Of a DNA stretch of 47,948 bases, positions 46,400-47,948 are shown piece after piece; positions within the stretch are counted from its first letter, which is position 1; every line of letters starts with the position of its first letter. The notes below the pieces were generated by a model. It worked only from the letters and a program-made list of their open reading frames with translations. It was not told where the DNA came from and did no database searches. The DNA is from Octopus bimaculoides (Eukaryota). Position numbers and translations under genes: made by a program. The stretch is taken from assembly GCF_001194135.2 (NCBI RefSeq), contig NC_068993.1:56350749-56398696 (forward strand), written 5' to 3'.

Positions 46400-47635
46400 A
46401 TTATAAATCTTCCACAGAGAAGGGAGCCGGTTTCCAACAAAGATACAAGGCTCCATCTTTGGGATGTAGTTAAGACAAACATATTCACATATGGAACTTG
46501 AGCATATTTTTACCGTTTCACTCACAGATTGAACTTGTAATGCACGAATTAGCTGGTAGATTTCTCTTTCTGAAAATTCCAGTTTAGCCAAATTCTCCTT
46601 TAAGCATCTACTATCAAAACCTAGTGCTCCAATTATTATTGGTATGAATATGAATTCATAGTCTAGATATAGAATCTGGAGGTGAAGTTTGGAAGCAGTT
46701 GTCCGTAGACATCCTCTTTTTCTTTGATTTTCAAAGAGATATTTGTATCTGCAGGGCAGCTTATCTCTATGATGGTACATACCTTTGCCCCTCTATCCCA
46801 AACAACAATATCCGGCTTATTATGTTTACATTTGACAGAAGTTTTGATGGGAATTATCTACCATCATTCCTAGAGTTGGTGTTTATGAATGTATTCTATA
46901 ACAGAGGGATTTTCTAAGTTTATTTCAGGACAGTCTTTCTTGCGGATGGCATTGTAAACTGTTTTAGCAACAACATTGTGCCGCATAGGGAGGTAGTGCC
47001 GTGATGACACTTTAGGACAGCTGCTAATTACATGCGTAATGTCTTCCACGGAAACATGACATAGCCTACACATGCGGTTGCACCTTGACATTACAAGAGT
47101 GTCACTGTCTCTCTTGTTCACCAGATACTTTGTAGCAATCTCCTGTTCCTGGATTGCAAACACAGCCTTCAAAGTGTGATGTGGTGTAGTGGTCTTGTGT
47201 CCAAGACAGGCTGCGCTTCGTGTCAATTCTAATGTCTTCTTCAAGATTCCGGGCAACATACTCATGCTTAGTCTTTATTTTTTTTGTGTATGTATATATT
47301 ATTTTATATATACATATATATTCTCCTTTTCTGTTCTAGAATATTAATATGCTTTCTGGCCTCATTAATAGACTGCATTATTCTCCTTTTCCACCAATGT
47401 TCCTTCAAGTTACGTTGACGTTTACCTTTGACTTTCAAACCAAACTTCCGGGTTATAAAGATTTAGATTGCATTTATAAGATTGTTGGTATCTGTGATAT
47501 TGTCAGTCCTGATGTCACCAATGAGATCATTTATCTTCCTGACCCATTCATTAAGTTTCTTCCTGTCAACTTTTTTAAATCCCGTATAAAAGCTCTGTTC
47601 ACCAGAGGTCCAAATATCAATGATCTCATTTAAAA
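46400..47635 (-). mobile_element. R4/Dong-like RLE LINE: N-terminal fragment (47340-47635) and zinc knuckle/RLE 3' part (46400-47270), RT missing
   Basis: KKVDRKKLNEW...TDTNNLINA...KEHWWKRRI; AIQEQEI...CRLCHVSVEDITHVISSC...RHNVVAK; KPDIVVWD...TIIEISCPAD; FIPIIIGALG. Confidence 0.85.
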
Positions 47636-47647
47636 TGGATATCCGTT

Positions 47648-47649
47648 CC

Positions 47650-47722
<73 letters not shown>

Positions 47723-47948
47723 CATCATCATCATCATCCTCATCCTCATCATCATCATCATCGTCATCAGCAGCAGAGTCGTTAGCATGCCGGTCGAAAT
47801 GCTTAGCGGCATTTACGTTCAGAGTTCAAATTCCATCGAGGTCGACTTTGCCCTTCATCTTCTCGGGGTCGATAAAATAAGTACTGGAGTACTAGTCAAG
47901 TCCTGCGGGGTTGATGTAATCAACTACCCCGTCCCTTCAAAAACCTTT
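47648..47948 (+). repeat. (TTA)n/(TCA)n microsatellite followed by a SINE family A copy (~47770-47948)
   Basis: Repeats visible directly; SINE body gttcaaattccatcgaggtcgactttgcc. Confidence 0.9.

Overview
AT-rich, repeat-saturated eukaryotic draft-assembly sequence. About 6.6 kb is N gaps, nearly all flanked by microsatellites. The tRNA-derived SINE families, mariner/Tc1, hAT, Helentron-type, Penelope-like and restriction-like-endonuclease (RLE) LINE remnants, and dense (CA)n/(TA)n/(TCTA)n/(TAA)n/(CAA)n tracts point to an octopus genome (inference from repeat repertoire, not database-confirmed). No complete gene, rRNA, tRNA or CRISPR array is present; most ORFs in the track are artefacts of gaps or microsatellites. 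One convincing isolated 156-nt exon (32776-32931, minus strand, product unidentified) suggests the window lies in the introns of a large gene. The most unusual observations are: (1) the same SINE 3' tail inserted twice at the same site (gaaacgtt) inside the head of another SINE, with TSD evidence; (2) a 4-unit ~200-bp tandem array built from an internal RTE-LINE reverse-transcriptase fragment; (3) a ~1.1-kb mariner palindrome whose symmetry extends beyond the TIRs into the flanks; (4) a split Merlin/ISXO2-like transposase relic between ~200-bp inverted repeats; (5) degenerate Penelope-type hammerhead motifs; (6) a perfect 11-bp hairpin inside the candidate exon; (7) a GPCR TM7-like fragment overlapped by a 42-bp minisatellite.
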